64,000 bases of DNA, from positions 1 through 64,000 of the forward strand of contig NW_026779371.1 of NCBI RefSeq assembly GCF_030144855.1, in the 5' to 3' direction. The notes under the pieces are model-generated. The model saw nothing but the letters and a program-made list of their open reading frames with translations, ran no database searches and was not told where the DNA came from. This DNA is from Hypanus sabinus (taxonomy: Eukaryota). Made by a program: the position numbers and the translations under genes. This document shows, piece after piece, positions 12,309 to 23,759 of the stretch (positions are counted from its first letter, which is position 1; every line of letters starts with the position of its first letter).

Positions 12309-13239
12309 AGCAGCCTGTGCCTGCACATGTCGCCCTCCGATCTCGCTCAATGGCAGAGGTACAGAGAGCAGATCTGTAAGCAAGAACAGATTGTGCTCCA
12401 GTATCTTACCTAAAGGATGTGTGTCCATGCACATCTTCATGCTCTTACCAGGATCCATGAAGCAACCTTTTTTTTTTTCATTGCAAACTTCTGTTCTGTG
12501 TTACCTTAGCAGCTATATCAAGCATTCATCAAATTTAACTCTTTCTTTTCAAGGGTCGAATATGCAGAGTTGGCCGCAAGTTTGGTTCACTGACTTGAGT
12601 CCCTGAGCAAGCACAGGCATGAAGTGTGAAGTCGCGATCTTGAGCAGACCTTCGTTATCTGATCTGCCGTGCCGTCTATCCGGCGTCCACTCGCTGACTA
12701 ACGGCAGACATTTCCGGATGAAGCGGTCGTTCCGAAATGTCGGGATCATTCTCGTGCACCTCCTTCGACTCTCTCCAATTTCAGCTTATCCATTCTAAGG
12801 GAAAGGTCCCAGTACTGCTCACCACAGCCGAAGTCAAGCCTCCCGGTGCTTTATGAAGTCTAAACATTATATCGTTGCTTTTAGATTCTAATTCACACGA
12901 AATTAATACAAACGACGTATATGCCCTATACAGCACAGACATAAACAGCAAATTAACCGAGATGGAATCCTTAATAAGGACTTCCAAATCTCTTCGGACA
13001 TCATTTATTGTGAGTTTTCTTTCCATTTAGAATAAAGTCAATATTTGTATTTCTTCTACCGATGTGCACGACAATACACTTCCCATGATGCCTTCTATTA
13101 TGCCTTTACTACCAATCAGTCATAAGTCCTTCTGCGGCCACTCAGCTTCCTTATGAGTATCTGTCCCTCAATTTATCATACTTCCTTGATTTCGAGTGAA
13201 ATTGGGTTTCGTTACAGCTGCACCAACCAAGAATAGTGA

Positions 13240-13735
13240 AGAAATATAGTAATTTAAACCCATAAATAATTAAATAATAATGTCAATCATTCAAGTGGAA
13301 ATCGGTCCAGACCAGCCTGTTGGCTCAGGGTGTCTGACACTCCGAGAGAGGAGTTGTAAAGTTTGATGGTCACAGGCAGGAATGACTTCCTATGACACTC
13401 AGCGTTGCATCTCGGTGCAATGAGTCTCTGGCTGAATGTACTCCTGTGCCTAACGGGTACATTATGGAGTGGTTGGGAGACATTGGTTAAGATGGCTTGC
13501 AACTTGGACAGCATCCTCTTTCAGACAGCACCGTCAGAGAGTCCAGTTCCACCCCCACAACACCACTGGCCTTACGAATGAGTTTGTTGATTCTGTTGCT
13601 GTCTGCTACCCTCAGCCTGCTGCCCCAGCACACAACAGCAAACATGGTAACACTGACCACCACAGACTCGTAGAACATCCTCAGCATCGTCCGGCAGATT
13701 TTAAAGGACCTCAGTCTCCTACGGAAATTGAAAAA
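13240..13735 (-). mobile_element. Rex1/Babar-like LINE 3' fragment
   Basis: RRLRSFKICRTMLRMFYESVVVS..FAVVCWGS..RINKLIRKA, followed by RKSFLPVTIKLYNSS. Confidence 0.8.
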
Positions 13736-13739
13736 TATT

Positions 13740-14150
13740 TGTTTAGACAGGGTCTGATGAGGGATAGGCAGCATGGCATTGTGCATGGTAGTTGATGGTT
13801 AACCAATCTTGGAGATTTTACAGGAATTACCAAGAAATTCGATGACGACAAGGCAGTGGATAACGTCTACATGGACTTTAGCAAAACATTTGACAAGATC
13901 CTACATGACAGGTTGGTGAGAAGGGTTCGGTTGTTTGGCATACAAAAAACGTAGTAAATTGGATGAGATATTGGGTTTTAGGGAGAATCCAGAGAGTGAT
14001 AGTAGATGGTTGTCTCTCTGCCTGAAAGGCTGTGACCAGTGGTGCGCCACAGGGATCAACGCTGATTCCTTTGATGGTTGCCATCCACTGCATTTCGATG
14101 AACTGGATGATAATGTGGTGAATTGGATCAGCAAAGTTACAGATGGCCCC
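13740..14150 (+). mobile_element. CR1 LINE RT fragment
   Basis: VDNVYMDFSKTFDKILHDRLVRRV motif. Confidence 0.7.
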
Positions 14151-15083
14151 AAGCCATCTATATTCCAAATCTATAACCAAATATATTCCCGTTGTAAAGA
14201 AAGACAAAATAGATCATTCAAAGTCAAAGTAAATGTATTATCAAAGTGCGTGAGCACTCAATGGCCACTGGATTGCAAGTGTATGATCGTGGTCTTCTGC
14301 TGCTGTTGCTCATCCACTTCAAGGTTTGACATGTTGTGCCTTCAGAGATGTTCTTTTGCACACCACTGTAAAAATGCATTGTTATTCGAGTTACTGGTTC
14401 AAGTTAACAGGAAGGTGCCAGCCTACCAATCTCCTCTGACCTCGCTCATTAACAAGGCACTTACACCCACAGAACTGCTACTCACTGGATACTTTTCATT
14501 TCTCGCTCTCTCTTTCTGACTGCCTCAATCTCTCTCTCCCTCTCTCTCTCTCTGTCTCTCTGTTCAGCCAATGACTGTCACTGCTCCGCCTTACTCTATG
14601 TCTGCACTGGGTAATATTTTGATCAGTTCTCTGTGGAGTCCAAACCATCTGTAGTGATATGACGGACACTTTTACCCGCCTCCCCATTTTCTCTCTTCCT
14701 CCATTTCGCTCACACTCTCTCACTCTCTTTCCATGTCTGCACACCTGCGAGTCCATTTCCCTCTGACTTCCATTGTTTTTTTTTTGCCTCCCCCCGCCCC
14801 GATGTCCGACCCTTGGCTTAAAATCTCAGTGTGAATGGAACTGTACAGAGAGAGCTGCGGATCCACGGTTTCATGGCGCTGGAAGTTCAGACTACGTCAG
14901 TGCCACGTGGCGCCGGCGCCTCAAGCGCTCTCCCCTCATTGGTTATTCGCGCGGAGATAAGCCGATGTCATATGTCAGGTGGCGAACCACTGAGTCCGGT
15001 CCTCAACAATGAACCTTGCGACACGCGGAGTGTGATCTGCGCGGCAAGACATCGCTCTTCCAGCAATGCCGGAGTCGCAAGTG

Positions 15084-15318
15084 AATATCCCGGACCTGCA
15101 ACGAGCGGGAATTTATTCACCCGCCTGCTGGAAGATTTCAGACACATCACTACGCTCATCTTTCTCTTGGCTCTAAAGCCGTTCAGAGAATATGATGTCG
15201 ATTGCGGAATCATAGAAAAGAGGACACGCGTTCAGCCCATTACGACCGATGTATTCCCTTCCCTCCCACGTAACGCTTCACTTACGTATCTGTCAGCCGT
15301 GCGCCGGTCTGAGAGCGT
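15084..15318 (-). pseudogene. Probable highly decayed V relic
   Basis: Acceptor TTTCAG|ACGC as in V3/V4, with a GA-rich intron-like tract to the right. Remnant translations LFYDSAIDII and LNGFRAKRKMSVVMCLKSSSRRVN align with FR3 (GFTAERPNNNEFCLKS). No recognisable RSS. Confidence 0.45.
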
Positions 15319-16397
15319 CTGAAATGTCCCGAATAAATCTGCCCCAGCAAAGAAGGAAATCTATCAAGAAAGAATGGAAAAGAGAATGTAGAGCCGGGTA
15401 AGGCAGGGAACGAGAAATAAAGTGTGTGTCTCTGTGAGGCAGAAAGAAAGTGAGAAAGAAATAAAGGAAGAAAAGCACAAAGAACGGATGATAAATAGAA
15501 TAAAAAGGAGAAAGAAAGACAGTAATGAAGAATGAGAGGCTGGAGACAGATAGACAGTGACAGACTGAAAGACAGAATAAATGAATGCGTGAATGGAAGG
15601 AAGAAAGAAAGAAGCGGAGAAAAGAGGGGATAGAGCAGAAGGGACTTGTATGTTCTATGTTCTCTCGGCCGTTGTATTTGTTGACCCCTTTTTTTTGAGC
15701 CTGTCGTCAATGCCGAACTGTGTCACCTTCCTCCTGTTTTGTTTGTAAACTTCTATGCAACATTCTGGTTTCTCTCCGCCCCCACTCCGACAGGCATCGA
15801 TTTCCGTTCGCACCCACACCCCCGCTCCGCGTCGTCTCTACAGTCTCCCTTATCGTTTCCTCTGCCGACCCGGGTGCTACAATGCAGAACTGACTCCAGG
15901 CGGCAGTAGATCCACCGTTGATACGTTCGTGCTTTGCGTTCAATACCCAGAAAATGAAACGCGTTTGGATAATGTGTTTGACAGAACAGCAGGTGAAATC
16001 GCAAGGCCTAAAATCCGAAGGGTCTATTCACCAGATAGCAACTGAAGTCCTAGTGTATGATTATCAGTAAATTTGGGTCGTCCGCACATTGCGGGCCGAG
16101 GCGCCTTTCCCTGCACGATAATGTTCTATTTTATACATGGAGTTATGACGGCGACTGTTTAAACACGCACCTCATCTTCTCTGGAGGAGGAGGGGACTTG
16201 ACTATCAAAACGAGAAAGCACATCTCGCGTCATTCAAACACATCGAACTTTCATTGGCAACCGTGCCGCTGCTCACGTTTGGTCGCCCCGCCCCCTTGTT
16301 TGATTGACAGCTGACGCACTGCGTCTCCGGCAGGCGGCCGCGACCCCTGAGACTCTCAGGTTTTTGCTCAACTCCGCCGCCTCTCTTTGTTGCCGTG

Positions 16398-16697
16398 AAC
16401 ACGCCAGCCGCAGTAATATAGGGCCGAGGATCCCGCCTCCAGGCCTGGGGACTTCAGGCAGAACTCGTTATTATTCGGCCTTTCTGCGGTGAAACCGCCC
16501 ACAGGCCCCGCAGATTCCTGGTGACCGGCAAGCGCAAATGTAAATGAGGTTCCGAAGCGGCTTGCCAGGCAGCTGGCTGTACCAGAGCAACGTGTTACCA
16601 TAGCGAGCAGCGCCTTCAAGTGTGCACCTCAGTTCCACTTCCCCGCTCGGGGACGCGGAGAGAGCCGGTGCCTGGTGGATCGTCACCGAGGGCGCGT
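16398..16697 (-). pseudogene. TRBV: V4: TCR beta V pseudogene, frameshift at CDR2
   Basis: DAPSVTIHQAP..RCTLEG..LLWYSQLPG..LIY, then a frameshift, then GFTAERP..LYYCGWRV. RSS CACGGCA (16391-16397) / 23 / GCAAAAACC (16359-16367). SINE inserted upstream; no intact leader found. Confidence 0.88.
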
Positions 16698-16884
16698 CTG
16701 AGAAAGAAGAGGAAGGTACTGTATGAATGTAGGCGTTCCGAGAAGTAGGGGAGGGGAGGGTGACGGCGAAGATGGCGGAATTCAAACAGAAGGGTTGAAG
16801 CTGGAGAGAGTGGAGAGGGTTCTTCAGAGGGAAGATAACCCGAACACGGCAGGTATCGTAGACTCGAGGAAGGAATGAGACGGA

Positions 16885-17095
16885 GAATTAGCGGTTGGTG
16901 GAATCGCTTTCCAGCGCTGCCGAATCCGGGTTCGATTACCACTGCACTCTGTATTGACTTTCTCTGCCGGACCCTGTGGGCTTTTCTCCGGGTGTCCCGG
17001 TTTCCTCCCACATTGACATGGGGCTTGATGGGTTAATTGGTCACGTGGGTGTAATTGGGCAACACGTTCCTGGTGGGTCGAAAGGCGGGGCTGTC
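16885..17095 (+). mobile_element. tRNA-derived SINE (V-SINE/HE1-like)
   Basis: GGGTTCGATT B-box-like motif, then ..TCCGGGTGTCCCGGTTTCCTCCCACA..GGTTAATTGGTCAC. Related copies near 37720-37815, 43060-43165, 51605-51715, 56660-56890 and 59175-59290. Confidence 0.7.
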
Positions 17096-17807
17096 ACTCA
17101 GGAAGAGGAAATAATTTACCGGAAGACGTCCCTGAATATTTGGAGCCGGTGTACCTCTTCCTTTCTCTTCCTGACCCATCACAATTGAATCGGGAAATAG
17201 ATGCGACAGCAAATAGGGCACAAGGTCCTGTTTCTCATTAATATATACTTTACCTACTCACTGCACCCCGTAACCCTTTCAAGGTTCATAGGGCGCCGAC
17301 ATCTGATCGAAAGAACCGTCTGTCCTGAGCCAGACGTTCAATTTGTCCCCCGGTATGATCCATCCCCCCGGTGTGAGGAGGATCTGTTGGGTTTCCTGTA
17401 CGTCTGCGTTTTGCGTGATAGAACTGAGAGCCCCGTTGCAACTACACAGCCCTTGGAGGACGCGTCACTTCATGTTCACGAGTTTCTCGTCTCATTATCG
17501 GTCGCAGACAGAAAGTGACGAAAAACCCGTACTGAAGATCGGTGAGAAGACTGCACATAACGAAGGACGGAGTAGGAAGATCAGAGAGCGGATTATCTTC
17601 TTTCATCTGAATGGTTCAGAGGAGGACATTTAAAGCTGTACCTCCTCCCCATCTTTCACCGATTCGCCACTACGGGGCGCACCTCTGAATGGTAGACCAC
17701 CCCACACTGTGTTTGACAGGAGTCGTGTTTCTTGTTTTGCTGACAGCAACGACACTTCTGTTAGTGAGAGTTTTTGTACAGCTGCCCCGGCACCCTGAGC
17801 CGCCGTG

Positions 17808-18380
17808 ATCGGTCCAGGCTCCAGTTTGTCGGACTTCAGGAAGAACTCGTTGGTCTGCGGTCCCTCCGCCGAAAAACCGTCGACCAATCCCTTTGGCTGC
17901 ACGAACTTAGCAATTCTCGAGTAAAACATGTTCTCCGGACCCTTTCCCGGGGATTGTCGGTACCAGTACAACACGTTATCAGCACTGGTACTACCCTCGA
18001 CTGTGCAATTCAGGGTCACCTTCTGGCCGGGAGTTCCGGAGAAAGCCGTAATCTGGTGGATACTCACCGAGGTCGCGTCTGGAAATAAGAGACGGGGGAG
18101 AGGCTGGTCAATGTTAAATGGGAGAAGTAGGGTGCATTGAGGGAAACAAAGAGGAGGATGGAAGTCGGGAAAGGTCGAGAAGAGATCGGAATTTAAAGGC
18201 TGCCTCAGAGGGCAGATCGTGTGCGGAAACGACGGCTCGAACTAAATAAATGATGAGTACAAGACGACAGGTGACCGGAATGTGAAATGTATACGGAAGC
18301 AGACAATTTTTTTTTTAAAAAAGCATTTTCAGCTTTTACTCACAGTGGAAGCCGAGAATAAAGTGCAGAAACTGAAATAT
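17808..18380 (-). pseudogene. TRBV: V5: TCR beta V pseudogene (start codon ATA; 28-bp deletion removes the second Cys)
   Basis: Leader 18344-18380 begins ATA; V exon 17808-18078. Relative to V3 it lacks GCGGATTCGTCGGCCGTGTATTTCTGCG. RSS CACGGCG (17801-17807) / 23 / ACAAAAACT (17769-17777) is intact. Confidence 0.92.
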
Positions 18381-18968
18381 CCTTCTTGAAGGGTTTATTC
18401 TCTCAGTCATGATAGTGTGTGCAGCCGAGAAATAATCCACTCACTTCAACCCCGGTTGTTACTTATATCAGTGACGTATGTCGATTTGCGGAAGTGTCGA
18501 TTGGCCACGCCCCTTATCTGCTCCAAAACGATTCGAGAGTTGTACCGCTTCCGCTGTAGCTAGTTGACCAGAGAACACTCTCCCTCTCTGACGCTCTCCT
18601 CGTCCTTCCCAATCTCTTTCTTCCTTTCCCGGGGTTATCTCACTGTCTGCGATTTATTTAAGCTCCCACGTCTATGTAATTTCGGAAATCTGTACAACAG
18701 GTGTACGAAGAGGGGCCACACTTCACCCCCCTTTGGTTGAAGCCCAGAGCCTCACAATGAGCACCAGACGATGAACCTAAGAGACACACTGTTCTAATCA
18801 CAGAGGAGTCTTTGGCATTCAGTCTCTCTGTTTCTCTCTCTGCACGGACCTCGAACTCTGACTCTAGTTGTCACGTAGCATAAGAGAACAAAAAACAGCT
18901 AAGAGAAAGGACATCTCCCTTTTCATACTCTTCGAAACATCTAGCAGAAATTTTAGCACAGTTCTTGT

Positions 18969-18983
18969 CTGCCCCCTGGTGGT
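18969..18983 (-). promoter_or_regulatory. Intergenic CTCF-type motif
   Basis: Minus strand ACCACCAGGGGGCAG. Confidence 0.7.
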
Positions 18984-19232
18984 AGCTGCCTGTACCTTCA
19001 ACCTAGCTTGATTGCCTGCAGAGAGCGGGAGAGAGAGAGAGAGAGAGAGACAGAGAGAGAGTGAGAGATCAGTCAGGAAGATGATACTTTTCTGCGGTAT
19101 CTAACCTCAAGGATATGTGTCCATTTAAATCATCATGCTCTGACCAGGTTCCAGCCTGAAATCGTTTTGTTCTTATAAACTTCTGTTCTGTACTGCACTG
19201 TTCTGCAGATCCATTCAGCATGAATCAAATTT

Positions 19233-19374
19233 AACACTTTCTTTTTTTTTTTTTTTTTTTTTAAATAATTTTTTATTGCATTTTTAAATAATTACAAAGT
19301 ATGAAAAAAACAATGTATATAACCCATACCCCCTCCCCTTAACCCCTCCCCCCTAACTGCCCCTTAGAAAAAAA

Positions 19375-19410
<36 letters not shown>

Positions 19411-20162
19411 ATGCCTGGTGGTTGGAAGATCTCCACATGCTCCATGGAGTTCATAATAATTTTAATATGTATATTTATTTCTTTCCCCTAATAACCAATT
19501 GTTTCATCTTAAAAGCATCTATATATTTAATCCTATCTTTTGTAAATAAGGGCTCCAAATTTTCAAAAATGTTTCATATTTATCTCTTAAATTATAAGTA
19601 ATTTTTTCTAATGGAATACAACCATAGATTTCTTTCTTCCAAGAATCTATACTTAAATGTGAATCCTTATTCCTTTTACAATGGACAATCAACTTTTATA
19701 TAATTGGATTCAAAATGGGATTAGATATATAGGGAATTGTTTTGAAGGAGGTATATTAATGTCATTTGAACAATTAAAGAATAAATATAAAATATCAAAC
19801 AACACTTTATTTTGTTACTTTCAATTAAGGGCTTATTTAAGAGAAAAATTAGGTCAAACAATGTTATTGCCGAAATCTAATGAAATAGAAATTTTAATTC
19901 AAAAAGGAAATATCAAAAAATTTGTATCTTGCATGTATAATTTGATTCAAAGACAGGTAATTAAGCAAGGAGTCCATAAGTCAAGACAAAAATGGGAAAG
20001 TGATTTGAATATTAAAATTGAAGAAACAAATTGGTCAAGACTATGCCTTGACAGTATGACAAATACAATAAATGTTCGGTTAAGATTAGTGCAGTATAAT
20101 TTTCTACATCAATTATATATTACACCACAAAAAATAAAAAAATTTAATTAAACACTTTCTTT
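19233..20162 (-). mobile_element. 5'-truncated, 5'-inverted L1/Tx1-clade LINE insertion with a target-site duplication
   Basis: TSD AACACTTTCTTT at 19233-19244 and 20151-20162; poly(A) appears as a T-run at about 19242-19262. The minus strand 19245-19665 encodes the ORF2 C-terminus (..EKITYNLRDKYETFLKIWSPYL..). The plus strand 19665-20150 encodes an upstream ORF2 part (..KWESDL..RLVQYNFLHQLYITP). Confidence 0.88.
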
Positions 20163-20801
20163 ACAGGAATTGAATGTGAGTATTTGGGCGCACGCTGGGT
20201 TCAGTGACTTGAATCCTAAAGCAAGTGATGGCACGAAGTGATGAAATATAGCTGCACGTAACGTTGGAAACATTCTCGGTCAACTGCTTTGAAACAATTT
20301 CAGCTCATCCATTTTTGGATACGTGGCCGGAAAAGTGGTTACAATGCTCCAACTGAGGCCTCATCGGTGCTTTATAAATTCACAATGATACATCGTTGTT
20401 TTTACATTCTCGTTCAGTGACTTGAATCCTTAGTCACAAGGCAGGAAGTGCGAAGGTGTGACCTCGCGTATACGCCCGTCACCTGATCTGTCACGCCGAC
20501 ACCTCGGCATCCACTCGCTGATTGACAGCAGACATCTCCTGATGGAATGTCTTTGCTGGAAACGTCGGAACCATTCCCGTGCGCCTCCTTGAAACTCTCT
20601 CCAACTTAAGCTCATCCATTCTTCGATCACCGGCACAAAACACCGCTGCTTTCCATCTTCCTGCATCTGACGATCCTCTTCTGTTTCAAACCCCAAGATC
20701 CGCCCCGAGTCCTTTGAAATAAATAAGTAAGAAATTAAATAAATAGGTAGATCTATAGATGTATAGATAGATTGACAGATAGATCGATAGGTGGGTTGGT
20801 T

Positions 20802-21057
20802 NNNNNNNNNNNNNNNNNNNNNNNNNNNNNNNNNNNNNNNNNNNNNNNNNNNNNNNNNNNNNNNNNNNNNNNNNNNNNNNNNNNNNNNNNNNNNNNNNNN
20901 NNNNNNNNNNNNNNNNNNNNNNNNNNNNNNNNNNNNNNNNNNNNNNNNNNNNNNNNNNNNNNNNNNNNNNNNNNNNNNNNNNNNNNNNNNNNNNNNNNNN
21001 NNNNNNNNNNNNNNNNNNNNNNNNNNNNNNNNNNNNNNNNNNNNNNNNNNNNNNNNN
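20802..21057. other. Assembly gap
   Basis: Run of N. Confidence 1.
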
Positions 21058-21697
21058 CACTCCCAAATCCGCTGGTACCCCATTATATGCCGGAAACCCC
21101 AAATCAGCGCGCAATCCCAAACCCGCCGACACACCTAGGGCTGACAACCCTAACTCAGCCGACACCCACCAAGCTGCATGCACCACCAGATCATCTCCAA
21201 ATCCGGTGCGTGCCCTCCCCTCGTTATCACTTCCCTCCGCATCTCTTAACAACCACCATTTTCCGGCCCACTCTTATCTTCGCACAACGAGTCCCACTTT
21301 CGTTCGACAATCCTCACAGTTCACGATGTGTGTCCTAGCGTCGTACACCGAGTTTCCTCTGTCCCTCGACAATCCCCACTATTTGCAGTTTGTGCACTAC
21401 CCAGTACAACGAGAGTCCTCTATTGCTCACCATTAACCACCATTCACGGTGTGTTTATTAAATCCTTATGCCAGGAGACAAACAAAATTATAATTTCTAT
21501 AATGAGTGCCATACATTGAACCTTATGAAGCACATTGTGTCCTGCATAGAGCAGTCTCTGGCATTCAATCTTTCTCCTCCTGAGCTTCCATCTCTGGCTC
21601 TTAGCACTAGCCGAAAAGAAAATTCACTTTCACAGAAGTAATGTGACCCTTTAAATACTCGAGAAATATCTAGCATAAATTTTAGCACAGTGTTTGT

Positions 21698-21712
21698 CCT
21701 CCCCCTAGTGGT
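21698..21712 (-). promoter_or_regulatory. Intergenic CTCF-type motif (variant)
   Basis: Minus strand ACCACTAGGGGGAGG. Confidence 0.5.
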
Positions 21713-22460
21713 AGCAGCCTGTGCATTGATGCATGGATCGATTGCATTGATGTAGACTTCTTATTCACGGTGCGTGTCCGAACATTGTTATCCAATCCAT
21801 CCGTGTTTCTGAACCATCCCTATAAACCGGAACTCTCCTATCTTCGTGCACCGAGGCCTCTATGTACCTGGACAATCACCACCATTCACGGTGTGTGTCC
21901 TACCCTTGTTATCCAATCCCTCCCTGTTTCTGAACAATCCCTATTAACCGGCACTCTCCTATCTTCCTGCACCGAGGTCCCTCTGTCCCTCGACATTCCC
22001 CACCATTTCCGGTGTGTTTGCCAAACCCTTATCTCACTTGCTTCATCTGTTCCTGAACCGTCCAGTACTCCCCGTATTCTGTGCATTCACCAATAGACAA
22101 ATAAAATAACGAGCTTGAAATTGATCTTGGGTACTGAACATTGTTGGCTCACTGAAAGGTTCCGATCCTCCCAGACCAAAGATGCGTGGGAAGACCGCAC
22201 GTGACAAGGAAGACTGGAGTGGAACGCTGAGTGTACGGATTGTCTTCTCCCAACCGGATGCTTCAGAAGAGGAGGAAATTTAAAGCTACTGTGCAACAAC
22301 ATCGTTCCTTATTTCACTGATGGGACGCTTCGGCGCACACTACGTAGACCCATCTCCCACAATATGATTGACAGGCATAGTGTTTCCTGTTTTGCTGACA
22401 GCAGCGAGCTTTCTGACGGGGAGTTTTTGTACAGCTGCCCCATCACTCTGAGCCGCCGTG

Positions 22461-23095
22461 ATCACTCCAGGCGCAGAAATACACGGCCGACAAATTCGCT
22501 TCCAGCTTTTCGGACTTCAGGAAGTATTCGTTGCTCTGCGATCTCTCCGCCGTAAAACCGTCGACCAATCCCTCTGGCCGGACATTCCTTTCTGTCGCTG
22601 AGTAATACATGTTCTCCGGACCATTTCCCGGGTATTGTCGGTAGCAGTTCAGCACGTTACCAGCACTGCTACTACCCTCGACTGTGCACCGCAGCGCCAC
22701 CTTCTGGCCAGGAAGGGCGGAGAAATCCGAAGTCTGGTGTATCGTCACCGAAGTCGCGTCTAGAAAAAGAGACGGGGGTGGCATAGGTGGTGAAAGAACA
22801 TGGACACCAGGGTTAATAGGGAAGGTGAGAAAGAGGGTACATTGAGAGAAGGAAAGAGAAGACCTGATGTCGGGAGAGCTTCAGAGGTGGACGGAATTTA
22901 GAGGCGGCGGCTGCAGGAGATAGTGTGAGGACGCGATGATTCGTAACTAAATAAATAAAGATTGCGAGACTAGCGGAAGGTAACGCAAGTGAGGGGGAAT
23001 CTGAAAGGAACAGAGACGCAAAGAAATAAAAAGAATAATTTTTGTCACATTCACTCACATTGGAAGGCAAGGATGAACCGTAGAAACAGGAACAT
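22461..23095 (-). CDS. TRBV: V6: TCR beta V (CAWSD type), open frame but conserved Trp41 replaced by Cys
   Basis: Leader 23059-23095 (MFLFLRFILAFQ); V exon 22461-22759 reads LNCYRQ where paralogs read LYWYRQ. RSS CACGGCG (22454-22460) / 23 / ACAAAAACT (22422-22430). Confidence 0.85.
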
Positions 23096-23759
23096 CTTTC
23101 CTGCCGGTTTTATTCTCTGAGAGATGGAAGAACTGCGTGCAGCAAAGATGAATCCATTCACTTTTACCCCACTCGTTACGTAACCCAGTGACGTAGATGT
23201 TTTTGCAGCAGCATCGATCAGCCACGTCCCTTCCTTGAACCTGCCCCGATAGAAGATATAAGCCTCCCTCCGGCGCAGCAGATAAACTGTCCGTCTCTCC
23301 ATCGACACACCCACCATCACAGTGACTCCTGACACAGTCATCTAATCACATCATTCACTGTGCATTCCCTATGCCTGTACACCGAAGACCCGCTGTTTGT
23401 CGTCGTTTCGCACCATTCCCGGTGAGTGTCCTGCCCTTCTACCCCGAACCACCACATTTGCTGATCATTTCACGCCGTTCACGTACGCGGCCGGAACCCC
23501 TGTAAGGTGGAAAATCTATCAGAATCTTACTCTCAATAATCAACCAGGTATTCTGAAAAGACAGAACTCGAGTACATAAAAGTTACCGGCCACTTTCAGA
23601 AAACCAGCGAGGTCACATCCATGGCACGAATGAAAAATAAATAAAACATGAGGAATGCGCCATCGCAATGAACAGCGGAGTGGGCCAGATTAACCGACCC
23701 CAGAACAGAGTGACACATTACACCGGGATCTCGGACATGACAAGAGAGGGATAAGGGCA

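Noticed and set aside
14831-15322. 163-aa plus-strand ORF
   Set aside because: No recognisable domain; it is antisense to a probable V relic.
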